Part shown: in pieces, positions 25,516-39,379 of the stretch
Layout: each line of letters starts with the position of its first letter
Position numbering within the stretch: the stretch's first letter is position 1
NCBI RefSeq assembly: GCF_006345805.1
Contig: NC_043008.1
Location: 11,594,001-11,658,000 of the forward strand
Length of the DNA: 64,000 nucleotides
DNA from: Octopus sinensis
Lineage: Eukaryota
Direction of reading: 5' to 3'
Made by a program: the position numbers and the translations under genes
The notes under the pieces: generated by a model
Databases searched by the model: none
What the model was told of the DNA's origin: nothing
The model's input: the letters and a program-made list of their open reading frames with translations, nothing else

Positions 25516-26445
25516 TCGATTAGATCGAAAGCCTTACGGTTAAAATGAATTTACACCTTCATAACTGGAAGCGACTTATGTGCGCCTACATTTGCATGTG
25601 AAATCTCCCAAACCATAACCATTGCACACGAGTTTACATCTCTAGATATACAAATGCACACAACAAGACTTACAAATAAACGTGCTGATAACAGAGCACA
25701 TATTTCTCAATCTGTTCCAAGGGAGTTTATAAGATTGATTATCTTATCTGTTACATCATCAGAGAAAAATATGCGTGCTAAAAGGTTGGTCTTCTGTAGA
25801 GTATCCGATTGCGTATCAAATACTTTCTGTACACTCAACTTCACATACACAACCCTGAATATAGAACAACGATAATAAATCACTCTTGCTCAATATTTAG
25901 GGAAATAGAATCCTTGGCCTTCTCATCTTAAGATGAACTTCTGAGGCATTTAATCAGAGAACTCTGTAGCAAATTATTAGAACTGTATGAAAAATGTATG
26001 CGATGTCAAAGTGGCACATTCAAAAACATGACCACTCCTTATCATATAAAAACATACATGTACGTGGATATACTTATATACATACACATTTCTATTTCTC
26101 CCCCACTTTCTACGCACATACACACACTATTATAGAAATATATATATATATGTAGTTGTATATATGCATCTATGTATATATGTATGTATATATATATGCA
26201 TGGCCTCAGCCGGATGGCTGAAACAAGTAAAAGAGTAAAAGAGTATATATGTGTGTGTGTGTGTGTGTGTGTATATGTTTTTACGAATTTCTGTAAATGT
26301 ATATACAATAATAAATCAGTTGAATAAAGTTAAAATAAAGTTGGTTTTCACATTTTTTATTATGATATTGTAACATGAAAACATATTTTGTAATGTTCAT
26401 AAATATATCCACATACATGTATTATACACACACAAGTATATGTAT

Positions 26446-26498
<53 letters not shown>

Positions 26499-27805
26499 AT
26501 ATTTCGGAATGGTCATATTGCCAGTTTAGCCAATTTATGCACAACAAATATTTAAACGTATATATATATATATATGTATGTAAGCGCATAAATGTGTTTC
26601 TTTGTAATCAGAGTGAAGTCTCTGTGAATGTGTACTTTTGGGCTGCAAGACTGCTATATATTTGTATGCATTCATAATGTCGTTCTATATATAAATTATA
26701 CATGTGTTATTTTAACCTACTGTATTTATGCACTTGGAAACTGCATTTTGTAATCACTTATGTCCTCTAAAGGTATTTATGAATATTTCTTTCCCTTCTT
26801 GTCTGCTGATGATTCCATTAATTTTATTGATAGCTGATCAAGTATTGATTAAACAGTTCTATTGTTTGCACAGCGATTTATGTTCCTTTATTTATATATA
26901 TTTATATTTGCGGAGACACTGCCAATGTATTCGAACGAAAACTATGCTTAATGATAACACAAAATGAAAAATAACTGTTGTATAATGAAGCTATTTGTTC
27001 TGACACACTACTATAAGCCAATAATATAAACAAGAGAGGAGAAGAAATAATGCCTGGGAACAAACCAAACTAAATCAAGTTCAACTTTGTGCCAAATATT
27101 TTTTCTTTCTTTCACCTCCCTTAATTGTTTGCACAATCATGCATGAGAAAGAAAAGTAGTCGGTCTGATTTTGTTCACTGTTGTAAGGGTTGTATTTCAA
27201 AATATTTATCTTGTTCATCGAACGCTCAAGTAACCGATGAATAGTAACCAATTGTTCGTATGTTGTTTCCTGCTACTTATAACGGTCGTTTCTATCGGCT
27301 TATTATATATCCATATGAAGCAATTATGTAGTGAGACAATAAAATTTTGCTTTATTCGGTCTGAGGCGTTACATCGCTATTCAGGTCTTCCTGATCATTG
27401 TCCTTGCTCTTGATGCATTCATTTCTGTAATACCCACACACCCACACACCCACAACCACCCACTCACAGAACCCCCCACCCCAGACACACGCACATACAA
27501 ATACAAAAGCTCTTATAATAAACACATTTCGATATACATGTCTATAATATAATTCTCTAAGTCTACGTTGCACATATCTACGCGCACATATAAACGAACA
27601 TTTGTGTTCTTACATCTACAGTAATAACCGCTATTACATATTTGCTGTACATCGACATAAATCACTCTCATTCATAAATCATCCTTATTCATAAGCCCAA
27701 TATTATTTAACAGGTTAATATAAATCTGTCTTGTAGAAGAAAGGTGTGTTGTTCCCAAATAGGAAATATTTAATTAGCCCTGATTGTAAATTCATTAATA
27801 ACCGT

Positions 27806-27985
27806 AGGCGTAGGAATGGCTGTGTGGTAAGTAGCTTGCTTACCAACCACATGGTTCCGCGTTCAAGTCCACTACATCGCACCTTGGGCAAGTGTCTTCT
27901 ACTATATCCTCCGGCCGACCAGAGCCTTGTGACTGGATTTGGTAGACGGAAACTGAAAGAAGCTCGTCGTATATATGTATATGTT

Positions 27986-28031
<46 letters not shown>

Positions 28032-28253
28032 TGTGTGTGTATATGTTTGTGTGTCTGTGTTTGTCCCCCCAACATCGATTGACAACCGATGCTGGTCAGT
28101 TTAAGTCCCCGTAACTTAGCGGTTCGGCAAAAGAGACCGATAGTATAAGTACTAGGCTTACAAAGAATAAGTCCTGGGGTCGATTTCTTCGACTAAAAGC
28201 GGTGCTGCAACATGGCCACAGTAAAATGACTGAAACAAGTAAAAGAGTAAAAG
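27806..28253 (+). mobile_element. SINE family B, full-length (tRNA-like head, CORE domain, internal TA/TG repeat, AAAAGAGT tail)
   Basis: tggctgtgtggtaagtagc...ggttccgcgttcaagtcc head; accttgggcaagtgtcttctactata resembles the MIR/CORE domain; tail gaaacaagtaaaagagtaaaaga. Confidence 0.9.
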
Positions 28254-29782
28254 AATAAGCAACGATACATTTCTATCTATCTATCTGTCTATCTATCTAT
28301 CTATTTATCTACCAATCAACCTACCTATTATTAGCTTTCTCTCTCCATATCATTACGTATGTATGTATATTATAGTTGTCTATATGTAATATGAATATAT
28401 ACATATTACAAATAAAACTTTAGGTGAAGTAATGGATTCTGTTAGTTACTGAATATCTAACTTTTGTCTTGCAAGCTGCATTCGCCTCACACACACACTC
28501 ACACACACACACACACACATATTAATTTATATGAAGCTGACATACCCGACGACGAAATTAAAATACGAGATATCAACATATCTTAAGAGTATTGTTCCTT
28601 CCTCATTGATCAGGCTAATCCCGATTGAACATACTTATGATTAAATGTATTCTAGCCGTGATCATCTTTCTTTCCCAGCACAAGAATAGATTAACCGTGT
28701 TATTCAGATAGGCACCGATTTACATTTTGGAGGGATTTGTTTATTTTAACTTCAGATAATCCACGGAAGAAAAATCAGCCTCGTCGATTGATGCCAGTAT
28801 TTTATTTAGTTTCAAGCTTGATAATTATAACATCGTAATATTTCATTAAGTTTCTGTTAAACTTTTTATCATCTTTGTTTTAATTCATACTCGTGCATGA
28901 CAGGCTCTTTTATGTCCAGAATATGTGATAGTTTGTGTTAGGAAAATATAGGTATATATTTAACAATGAAGTCAATAAAAGTAAAAAAGTACATTCCATA
29001 ATGAGGCTTAGAGATAAGCACGTAAACTTAAATAACAAATACTCTGATATCTTAGAGTAGGGCATATATTAACTAGTAACCTGGCTACTATCATGGCCTC
29101 GATTAACAATAAGCTAGAAGCCTTGTATGAAACTAGGAAAAACTACAGCATAAAACATAGCAACCAATCGACAGATATAATAAATGTCATCCGTAATAGT
29201 TCGTCCTCAAATTACACGTACAACGAACTGATAAATAATAACCGCACGTCCACACAACATACACACAGATAAATTTAATAATTTATGTGGGTGAAGACAA
29301 GAGTCAATATTTGTAAAACTAAATTTCTAATACACCAACGTAATGTACCCGTTAAACCATATTGCTATGAAATATATTTTAACTGCACAGACCTATTTGT
29401 TTTAAATATTTGGATGTCTTTGTGCAGCATTACATAAAAATAAAAATCACAGGCAGCAAAGTTTGTCCATCTCTACAATATTTTTAATGTTTTTTTTTTT
29501 TGTAATTGTCATTGTGACTCTCTCCTGGCAGTAGAAATCTTTACATCTGCTGCCATTAACGGACTTGCTGAGAAATATATATGGGACCGACTGTGTACAT
29601 ACATCTATGTATACATGTATAAATCATACATACATACATACATACGTAGTACATATATACATACATACATACACATGTACACATATATACACATACATAA
29701 AGAGAGTAACAATTAGTGATGCAAAAAGAACCGGAAGTTATTATACAAACTGACTGATTTCACTATCCTTATAAGAATGATT

Positions 29783-30171
29783 GTGGAGGCGCAATGGCCC
29801 AGTGGTTAGGGCAGCGGACTCGCGGTCGTAGGATCGCGGTTTCGATTCCCAGACCGGGCGTTGTGAGTGTTTATTGAGCGAAAACACCTAAAGCTCCACG
29901 AGGCTCCGGCAGGGGATGGTGGTGAACCCTGCTGTACTCTTTCACCACAACTTTCTCTCACTCTTACTTCCTGTTTCTGTTGTACCTGTATTTCAAAGGG
30001 CCGGCCTTGTCACTCTCTGTGTCACGCTGAATATCCCCGAGAACTACGTTAAGGGTACACGTGTCTGTGGAGTGCTCAGCCACTTACACGTTAATTTCAC
30101 GAGCAGGCTGTTCCGTTGATTCGGATCAACCGGAACCCTCGTCGTCGGAACCGATGGAGTGCTTCCATTCC
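29783..30171 (+). mobile_element. SINE family C, full-length with 12 bp TSD
   Basis: A box tggcccagtgg, B box gtttcgattcc; TSD ataagaatgatt at 29771-29782 and 30172-30183. The central gtgtctgtggagtgctcagccactt.cacgttaa resembles the Deu/Nin SINE domain (recalled, unverified). Confidence 0.92.
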
Positions 30172-30674
30172 ATAAGAATGATTAGACAGAAAATTGTGAA
30201 ATCAGTAAAATCGTGACTGCGTAATAATCATTTATTATTTACCAAATTATTATTAATTCAGAAAAAAAAATTGGCGGTTTTAATCCTTCCCTTGAAATAT
30301 TTATAGGAAATGTTATAAATCTAAAACAAAGTGATTACAAGTCAAATCCATTTATATAGTTAATATAAATAATATAAATAATATATAATAATATGAACAT
30401 CAAAATACACACCCATACATATATATAACCCATACATATATATAACCCATACATGTATACAACCAGTTAGTAAGAAAGATTGTAAATAATGTTGTTTTTT
30501 TAATAAAATCTAAATTGGTTTATTTAATATTATATTATTTCTAATTATTAAATACCATTCGAAAATATTTAGGTTTAATGTATAGTCTTAAAAATAGACT
30601 TTGTTTTATCGTCAACAAATAACTCAAAATGCGTAAATAAAAAAGTAATATAAATATCTTCTAGTGCAAAGTAT

Positions 30675-30716
<42 letters not shown>

Positions 30717-30844
30717 AGAAAGGAAGACAAGGAGACAGTTAACGTATATACACATAAAATATTTTACACGTTTTTATTATATCTATTCATTTTCCTTCAT
30801 AATTATACAACTACACCCACCCCACACAAAGATTATATATATAT

Positions 30845-30990
30845 AGTTGAAATTTATAGAAAAACAAAAGACGAAGACAGGTGTATTATTTTGACGCTCG
30901 AGAAATTGAAAAAAAAATTGTACATTTCCAGCCTACACTCTTCAACGGAAAGAAATAAGAGAAAATAAACAGATAGAGAAATACAAAAAG
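30845..30990 (-). mobile_element. Repeat family E copy 2 (degenerate HHR at 30919-30953)
   Basis: Minus ctttccgttgaagagtgtaggctggaaatgta aligns to the copy 1 motif. Confidence 0.65.
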
Positions 30991-31320
30991 ACTTGTGGAT
31001 TTAGTGTTGAAGCATGGCGACTGTTTTTATATACATATATATATGTATGTATGCATGTATGTATGTATGTATGTATGTTTGTATGTATGTATGTATGTAT
31101 GTATGTATATTTTAAATGTGTGTATAAGCTGGTAGTATGCACTTTAAAGCACGTTAACTGTCATCGGCTACCTCCTGTCATCAAACGGCATGGTGGATAT
31201 AAGTGCCACTGAATTAACTTAAGGAATTCCATTGTGCCCATCGAATATATTATTAACATATTAGAGAAAGGGAAAATCGAATTCACAAGATTATTTATTA
31301 ATCACTACAATCGTTTCAGA

Positions 31321-31367
31321 GCCAACGATCGTTTCGACCCGTCGTGCATTGGTCCTTCGTCGTTGCC
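31321..31367 (-). ncRNA. Degenerate hammerhead-like motif
   Basis: Minus: GGCAAC-GACGA-AG-GACC(aatgcacgacg)GGUC-GAAA-CGA-UC-GUUGGC; the C3-U4 of the core is missing. Confidence 0.35.
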
Positions 31368-32884
31368 ATTCTGTACAACTGGTCGTAGTGCATCATTCAG
31401 TGCAGATGTGACTCGTCAGGTAATTATGCCGTTCCAGGTGTGAAAACCGAAGTCCAATGAATATTAATTGCTCTCATAAAAAGTTCCAACTAGCTCATAA
31501 ACAACAAAACTGTCCCGGGCTGAAATGTGATAAGAACCTTAGGTCTTGATTTAGTGAGAAATTTCTACTGCGACCCGGCAACGAACAACAAGCACTAGCA
31601 CTGGACGCGGCAACGCCGAGTCATAGTGCCAGTAATGGAATAACACTGTTTTCGTTTACTGTAAGTGATCTTGAAGTTATTAACTCTCATGTAAATTATA
31701 AGAAATAATGCATTATTAGGAAAAATATATGATTATCTTGCATACCACTTTCAGTCAAACTATGTTTTGCAGACTGCATAAGATAAAGGACACTATCTAA
31801 AGTTGGCTTTCTCATTTATCGAGTGTGGAATTGTATCTGAGGACATTAATGCGCCTTTTCTAGAAGATTGTATCATCTTCTTGAATCTCTCTTCATTTGC
31901 TGATAGTAAGTAAACCAAATAATTTGTAACTATTAAAATGAAAACTTAAACTAGATCAAATGCTAAGTGAGCGATCTGTATAATGATGAAGGGCTTTGTT
32001 AACAATCCATAAGATTCATTATACAACGTGGGAAACAAATCATGAACAAATCATTGACAGCCTTCAAATGTAAACTGCTTTCCTATACAGGGACTACTAA
32101 TAGAAGTCATTCAAGCGAAGTGTGTCATAAGAAACATGGTTATGCTTCATTTACAAGATGTATATTTTAAACATTTATTAACAATTTTAAAGGGTGGGTA
32201 TAGGTTATAATATTGAAACGAACCAGCATTTGATATGGATATTATCTATCGAGAACAGAAGAACGGAAGCAGTGTTGAACTTGGAGAGATTTCATTTCGG
32301 GGTGAAACATCTTACGCTCCGGCTAAAATACATACAGAAACACATACATAGATAGAGAAGAGGGAAGTAATTTGAAGCGAAAGGAAGTGGAGTAAAAATA
32401 TTCGAAATATGATAGGATCAAGTTAAGTGATAGGCCAAAATGTACTTACACACACACACACACATACACACACACACAAACACACACATACATGCATATA
32501 TAGAATTCTTGTTAAATATAATTTTAAAATCTCTGTATCTTAATCTTATGGGAAATGGTTATTATCAAGAGATATCACTGAAGATAATATTTTCCTGATG
32601 CAAGTCAAAGGAATTATAAAGTGGTTTTGGTCCCAAGTGTACCATGAGAGAGGTGTGCTGTTTCAAACTAAAAGCCAAGGTACACCATAAAACATACAAT
32701 AACACACTCAGACACACAATGATACATATTCACAGACACACATTCGGAAAAACACACACACAAGAACATACATGTATACGCAAATGTGAATGGATCTAGA
32801 TACATATATTTGTGTATCTACCAAATTCTGCTTCTATTATTTTTTCTCATTTATGTTTATACATTCGCTTCTGTGCGCATAATA

Positions 32885-32900
32885 CGTAATAATAATAATA

Positions 32901-32966
<66 letters not shown>

Positions 32967-33098
32967 TAATAATAATAATGATAATAATAATAATAATACT
33001 AATGATAATAATAATACTAATAATACTAATAATAATGATAATAATATTAATAATAATAATAATAATCATGATAATAATAATCATATATATATATACAC

Positions 33099-33143
<45 letters not shown>

Positions 33144-33375
33144 CACGTAAAACACATATATGTATTTATATATGCGTTACATATATACATATTTATGTTT
33201 GTGTGATATATATATGTATATATAAACAGATACATATAAATATATACATATATATACATATATATATATGTATATGTATATATATATATATGTGCTTACA
33301 TGTATATATGGATGAACATATATATCTGTGCGTATGTATATATATAAATATATATATATATATAGATATATATAC
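32885..33375. repeat. (AAT)n followed by (TA)n mosaic microsatellite
   Basis: Direct reading; source of the 197 aa poly-I ORF. Confidence 0.95.
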
Positions 33376-34077
33376 GTAGATAACTTAAAAATGTATGATA
33401 GATTGCCGTCAATTCATTCTCTCTTACCTGTTTGTGTCTGCCTTCCAATTGCTGTTTTTGCTGAGATCTCCCTTTTTAGTAGAAGAAATAGCTATAACTC
33501 TTTGACTGCTATTTCTAAATTCGGTATGTGGTAAGGCAATTCGTTGCTAAACCCTTTATTGCTTAGTATATATATATACATATATAAACTAATATACGTA
33601 TGGATATGCACACATACGTATACAAACCGACGTATGCCAACACTCAGGTGCAAAACAAAGTGGAGAATGTCAAAGTAATGTTTTATTGAAGCTGGAAAGA
33701 CTTTACACACTCTTACAGTTTACTTAGACATCATGCGACAGACGCAAGTAAGTATGAGGAGGAATGTTATGGGTTTTAAGTATTAATAAACTAGAAGCTG
33801 CTATATATAATATATTATACTGTACTTATGTGTGTGTTTAAGTGTGTGTTACTACGTACGTATCTACTTCTCCGTAAATATGTACGTGTTGTGTTGGCCC
33901 TCTAATATATATATATATATAATATATATATATAAATGAAAGAATGGAGTCGAACGAAGATGTTAACAAAATTCCCTTACTCTCGACCGTGTTTCTGACG
34001 TGAACCTGCTACCCAGGTTTCGGTTAAACGAATTTTCTATGCTGACGATAAACATAGGATATTCATTCACCTATTTA

Positions 34078-34137
<60 letters not shown>

Positions 34138-34138
<1 letters not shown>

Positions 34139-34428
34139 GGAAAAACAAGTCAAGATAGAAAATGCTAAAATAATTTTATAAAGAACATTTCAGTACCGGT
34201 TTCAGTCATTGAGACTTTTTCAACTGTAACAATTAAATAATTAAATTCAGAAAAAAAAAAATTTTCTAAGAATATTTACTCTTTTACTCTTTTACTGTTT
34301 CAGCCATCCGGCTGAGGCCATGCTGGGGCACCGCCCTTGTATAGTGTATTTGTATAGTGTTCAAATACAAGTGGCATTTTCCTTGTTTCAGCCTGTCTCT
34401 GTGTCTCTTGTTTACTCTTGTGGGTTCG
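34138..34428 (+). mobile_element. Second, truncated copy of the long-TIR MITE, interrupted by a family B tail fragment (34277-34337)
   Basis: Matches 24721-24945 including the interior ctcttgtttactcttgtgggttc; no right TIR. Confidence 0.8.
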
Positions 34429-34619
34429 AGGCCGTTGTGAATTCTTGGTAGGGAAGAAGAAGAAGCAGAAGGAGGAGGAGGAGGAGAATGAGGAGGAGGA
34501 GGAAGACGAAGAATTTGGGAGTGCCTAGGTTGTAGTATTTTGAATGATCAGTGGACGCTAGCAGTTGCTGTTCAATTCATGAAAATATTTCTTTTGAAGT
34601 TTTTTTTTATTGAATTTGC

Positions 34620-34694
<75 letters not shown>

Positions 34695-34822
34695 GCGACA
34701 CACATTTACACACGCATACACACATATTCATATGTGTTTGTACATAGGAAAACATGGAGGAGAGCGAAGCCAGGTATTAATATTAATAGTAAAACAATGT
34801 TTGGCTGAAAATGGAGAAACGT

Positions 34823-35035
34823 AAGGCGGCGAGCTGGCAGAAACGTTAGCACGGCGACCGAAATGCTTAGCGGTATTTCGTCTGTCTCTACATTCTGAGT
34901 TCAAATTCCGCAGAGGTCGACTTTGCTTTCATAATTTTGGGGTCGATAATTTAAGTACCGGTTGCGTACTGGAGTCGACCAAATCGACTGACACCCTTCC
35001 CCCAAAAGTTTTGGTCTTTTGCGTAAAGTAGACGA
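34823..35035 (+). mobile_element. SINE family A, variant with alternative tail
   Basis: aaggcggcgagctggcagaaacgttagc head; tail cccttccccaaaagttttggtctttg instead of gtctgtccttgtttgtcc. Confidence 0.85.
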
Positions 35036-35265
35036 AAAAAGGGGAATACTCTTCGAATTGAAATTCATCTTCACTTAAACGCTTATCCGAGTTTCCTGAT
35101 TGCTTAGAATGACTATGATTAATCAATATTTATAAATGGTGAATTGCTATACAATAATTATCATGCTATATGCAAATGTCTGTTGGAGTTAAAATACGAA
35201 CTTCTATCTGTCGTCTGGCAGGACGTTTCAAATTCGGAATAGTTCATAAAAACATGGATACATAT

Positions 35266-35655
35266 TAAGGCGGCGAGCTGGCAGAAACGTTAGCACGCCG
35301 GGCGAAATGCCTAGCCGTATTTCGTCTGCCGTTACGTTCTGAGTTCAAATTACGCCGAGATTGACTTTGCCTTTCATCCTTTCGGGGTCGATTCAATAAG
35401 TACCAATTACGCACGGAGGTCGATATAATCGAATTAATCCCTTTGTCTGTCCTTGTTTGTCCTCTCTTTATTTAGCCCCTTGTGGGTAGTAAAGAAATGG
35501 GTATTTCATCTGCCGTTAGTTTCTGAGTTCAAATTCCGCCGAGGTCGACTTTGCCTTTCATCCTTTCGTGGTTGATTAAATAAGTATCGGTTACGCACTG
35601 GGGTCGATGTAATCGACTTAATCCGTTTGTCTGTCCTTGTTTGTCCGCACTGTGT
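35266..35655 (+). mobile_element. SINE family A, head plus two tandem body units (period 184 bp)
   Basis: gtatttc.tctgccgtta starts at 35317 and again at 35501. Confidence 0.9.
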
Positions 35656-35923
35656 GTAGCATACATATGTAATATTTTGTAGACATCTCTTTGTGGTTCT
35701 TCGTGTGTGAGCGTATATTGTCGCACGCGCGTGTAACATTCTGTTTTTCTCTTTATATTCATTACAAAAGAAATTCCATTTAATATATTTGAATTAATAG
35801 CTTCTGCGTCAGAAGACATCGTCTTTGTCCACATATATGAGTATGTGTGTAGTGTTTTCGTATCTGGCTTTGTGTTTCGTTATGTGCATATGTGCATATG
35901 TGTATGTGCGTACATTGATAGTG

Positions 35924-35967
<44 letters not shown>

Positions 35968-36394
35968 TGCATGCCCTTTATCATATTTAATCCTATTAAA
36001 CATCTAACTGAGAAAGTAACCATACATGTACAAAATCTATATTTATTATTCCCGGATTTATGCTAAAGTGTTTAATCAACTGCGTTTGTTGCCGCAGATA
36101 CTTTTTAAAGTCTATAAAAGGAAGCTTTTAAGAAGTCATTTAGAACTTAATTTATGGTTCTTCAAGTGACCAAAAATATGCTGTTTACTCCAAAGAATAC
36201 AGTGACTATATTTTCTAACATCCATATTTATAAAACTAAACAGACACATGAATAGATTCTTAATGTGGAAATATATCCGTTATTATTGTGAAATGTACTT
36301 GTTGTTATACATCTGGGTTTTAAATCCCATGGAGTTTATGATATTTTAATGAAGATTTTTGGATCAATCAAATATAGAATAATATTGATTTCAA

Positions 36395-36575
36395 TGTTTG
36401 GCACGTGAACGGCAGTTTCTGGTTCGGTATTGATTCGATTACATCAACTACAGTACTCAGCTCCTGCTTATTTTATGGACCTCGAAAGGATGGAAAGCAA
36501 AATCAACCTCGGCGGAATTTGAACTCTAGGCATTTTGTTCGGCGTTCTATAAATCTTGCTAGCTCGCCTCCTTAA
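36395..36575 (-). mobile_element. SINE family A, degraded
   Basis: gaaaggatggaaagcaaaatcaacctcggcggaatttgaact...gctagctcgcc. Confidence 0.75.
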
Positions 36576-37089
36576 TATGATACTGATAATGTGATAGGCA
36601 ATCTCGAAATATCTCTAATGAGATGGGCAGTATTGTGTCTTATTTGTAAATAGTTCTAAGTAGTTTTAATTCAAATTTAAAATCTGCCTTTTATAAAATA
36701 TTTTATAGGTTTCTGATACTCGCTGTAGTAATTAAATTATGAAACATTTATTATTTTTCATATACGGGGCAATTTAGAATAATTTTTACCATGAAAAATA
36801 TATTATAAATTGTCTGACTTTTACGTAACTAAAAATAGAGTCTTCGATATTTTCTTCAGAAATCTTTTATTCTCACTTGTTTTGGCGTCGAGGTATATTA
36901 AAGTCTTCAATTTTCTCTGGAAATTGTGGAAGGAATCTCAGTAATAATAATACTAAACACCAGAGGCGTAAAAAGTATCATACCGTTAAGAAGGAGAGCA
37001 AAAAATAAAATTGCTGTTGATACTCAGGCTGAACTGCATGAGGAAAGTGAGCAACTGTTTTTGCAAAGAAAGGGAAATCAATGACTAAG

Positions 37090-37430
37090 AAAAAAAAGCG
37101 TATGAACAATTGGCTGATATGTGGGAACAAAAACTCTTGCCTGCCCAAATATGTGACCTGTAGCAAACAAGCTAATATTGATCAGCAGCACTCTCCTGAG
37201 TAGCTACGGAACTCAGGACTAAGAGCAGAGAGCAAAAACTACATCTTAGCTGCTCAAGGTCAAAATTTACTGATCAGGAATTACCAAGTCAATGTGATGA
37301 ATAATGGAGTGGATCGAAAATACGGATTCTGCAACGGTGTTATTGAAACAGTTGACTATCTAATCTCAGGATGTAATGTCTTAGAACCGGTAGAGTATAA
37401 ATGAAGACATGACAGACTTAGCCAATATCA
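37090..37430 (+). mobile_element. R4/Dong-type LINE fragment, zinc-knuckle region
   Basis: SGLRAESKNYILAAQGQNLLIRNY...FCNGVIETVDYLISGCNVLEPVEYK*RHD matches the AAQDQ..TRNY...C..C..ET..H..SGC...RHD pattern of RLE-type LINEs. Confidence 0.8.
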
Positions 37431-37469
37431 AAAGAGCACTTCACAAACAAATAAACTCATCAACGGTAC

Positions 37470-38965
37470 AATTTGGATTGTTGTAGAAAGGATGGTATTG
37501 AAGATGAATGGGAACAGAACATTGACGGAAAGAAAATGAAATAATCAACCTTGGTGGAAATGGAGAATATCAGAAAGATATAACCTCTCTGAACATTGTA
37601 GTGTGAATACTTGATACGAAAATAAAAGGGAAATTGAAGAATAGTTGTAAATTCGAAAAATTGAAGAAGTTTGATAATAGAGCATAATTCAATTGAAGAA
37701 CTGAAGCAGCGCATACTTAGCAAGAAAGCAAAACTACTTAGGTTTGATCAACGAATTAAGCATTAGCAGCAAACAAGTTGTTTACTGTAGATCAAAATTA
37801 TTGTATCAGGAGATTAATGATACTTTATATGCAAAAGGCTATTTCTTAATGAAGATGAATGTCGACAGTTTGGTGGGTGATATATGTAGTAAGCAAAAGC
37901 AACATTTTACTTGAGCTGAATGGCTCTGCAGCATGAAGCGAAGGACTTCATATTCCCAGCAACAAACTATCCTCTTTATCGCGTACAGTATCAGAAATGT
38001 AGATAAAACGATAAACAACTGAAAAGCAGTAAGGCTAGACGGCCTGCATAAATGTTTGCTAAAAAGTTCAGCGGATTACATGAATTGATTGCTGAGCAAT
38101 TTAATGAATTGATTGGTGATATCCAGGGTGGTTGACCAAAAGAAAAATGGTTTTCTGCTTGAAGGATATATAGGAACGAAATGCTGCCGATAATTGCAGG
38201 CCAATTTCTTGACTTCCATTGATGTGGAAGTTACTGCTAAGAGAGATTGCAGAAGATAAATGCAAATTTCTTGATCAGAACGACATTTCATCAATGGTTA
38301 AAAAAAGCAATGGAGGAGGAAATGCAGAGGTACCAAAGATCAATTATTGATAGACAAATTGGTAATGCGAGGTTGAAAGCGAGAGAGGACATATTTGGGA
38401 CTGTCCTTGAATAATTGCACCTAAGCTTACGGTATGATTACATGCCAATCTCTTTATTTCCCACAAGGGGCTAAACATAGAGGATACAAACAAGGACAGG
38501 CAAAGGGATTAAATTGATTACATCGCTCCTAGTACGTAATTGGTACTTATTTAATCGACCCCGAAAGGATGAAAGGCAAAGTCGACCTCGGCGGAATTTG
38601 AACTTAGAACGTAGCGGCAGACGAAATATCGCTAAGCACTTTGCCCGGCGGGCTAACGATTCTGACCGCTCGCCACCCTCATGATTACTTATTGGACGAT
38701 CAATGAGCGCATGAATACGTTTGGAATTACAAGGAACGTGGTTTCCTAAGTGATCTATGGAGGGTTGGAACACAGAGTTGCCATCGCACGAACAACGTTT
38801 GGTCAATCTAGGTATTAAGAGTAAGGTTTTCCAGGAGATTCTCTCTGATCTTGGCACCAAGAAAAGTAAACCTGGGATATCAGTTCAAGCGAAAACACGC
38901 AGAAACGACCATATTTTCATGGTTGATTTGAAGCTCTTTGGCAAGGATGAAGTACAAGATATATC
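37470..38965 (+). mobile_element. R4/Dong-type LINE, decayed pre-RT and RT region, split by a SINE
   Basis: PWWK, IEELKQRI, N*KAVRLDG, DNCRPIS*LPLMWKLL, GTKDQLLIDK and KAYGM precede the SINE; QGDSL and HIFMVDLKLFGK (YMDD-equivalent) follow it. Confidence 0.85.
38442..38680 (-). mobile_element. SINE family A inserted into the R4/Dong RT, 8 bp TSD
   Basis: atgattac at 38434-38441 and 38681-38688. Confidence 0.9.
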
Positions 38966-39379
38966 AATGTACAAATGGTATTATGGCGTTATTATTTGTT
39001 CCTCATTTGTTAATTAAAATTGTGTAGCTTTACTATGTCAAATAGCATATCTATACCACGAGAATAAATTTGTATCTTACTGTATTAATTATTTATATAT
39101 GTTGTATGTTTTGTCGTGTCAAAATACTTATATGTTGCTATTTGCAAAATCTTTCATCTTTAGCGTTTAATGGTGTATGTAAATGTATATGTGTATGAAC
39201 CTATGTATATTATGTGATTGTGTTCATGTCTATGTATGTGTGTAAAAATATATGTGTATGTGAAGATCTATATCTGTGTGTATGTGTGTTTGTATATGTT
39301 TGCATGCATACGTATGTGTGTATGTGTGTGTGTGCGTAGAAAATGGAGAGTTTGGATACAGCCAAATCAATTTATTTAT

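Noticed and set aside
33600-33800. Solo-LTR-like segment (AATAAA on the minus strand) or exon with a gtaagt donor at ~33750
   Set aside because: No TG…CA termini or TSD found, and frames are closed.
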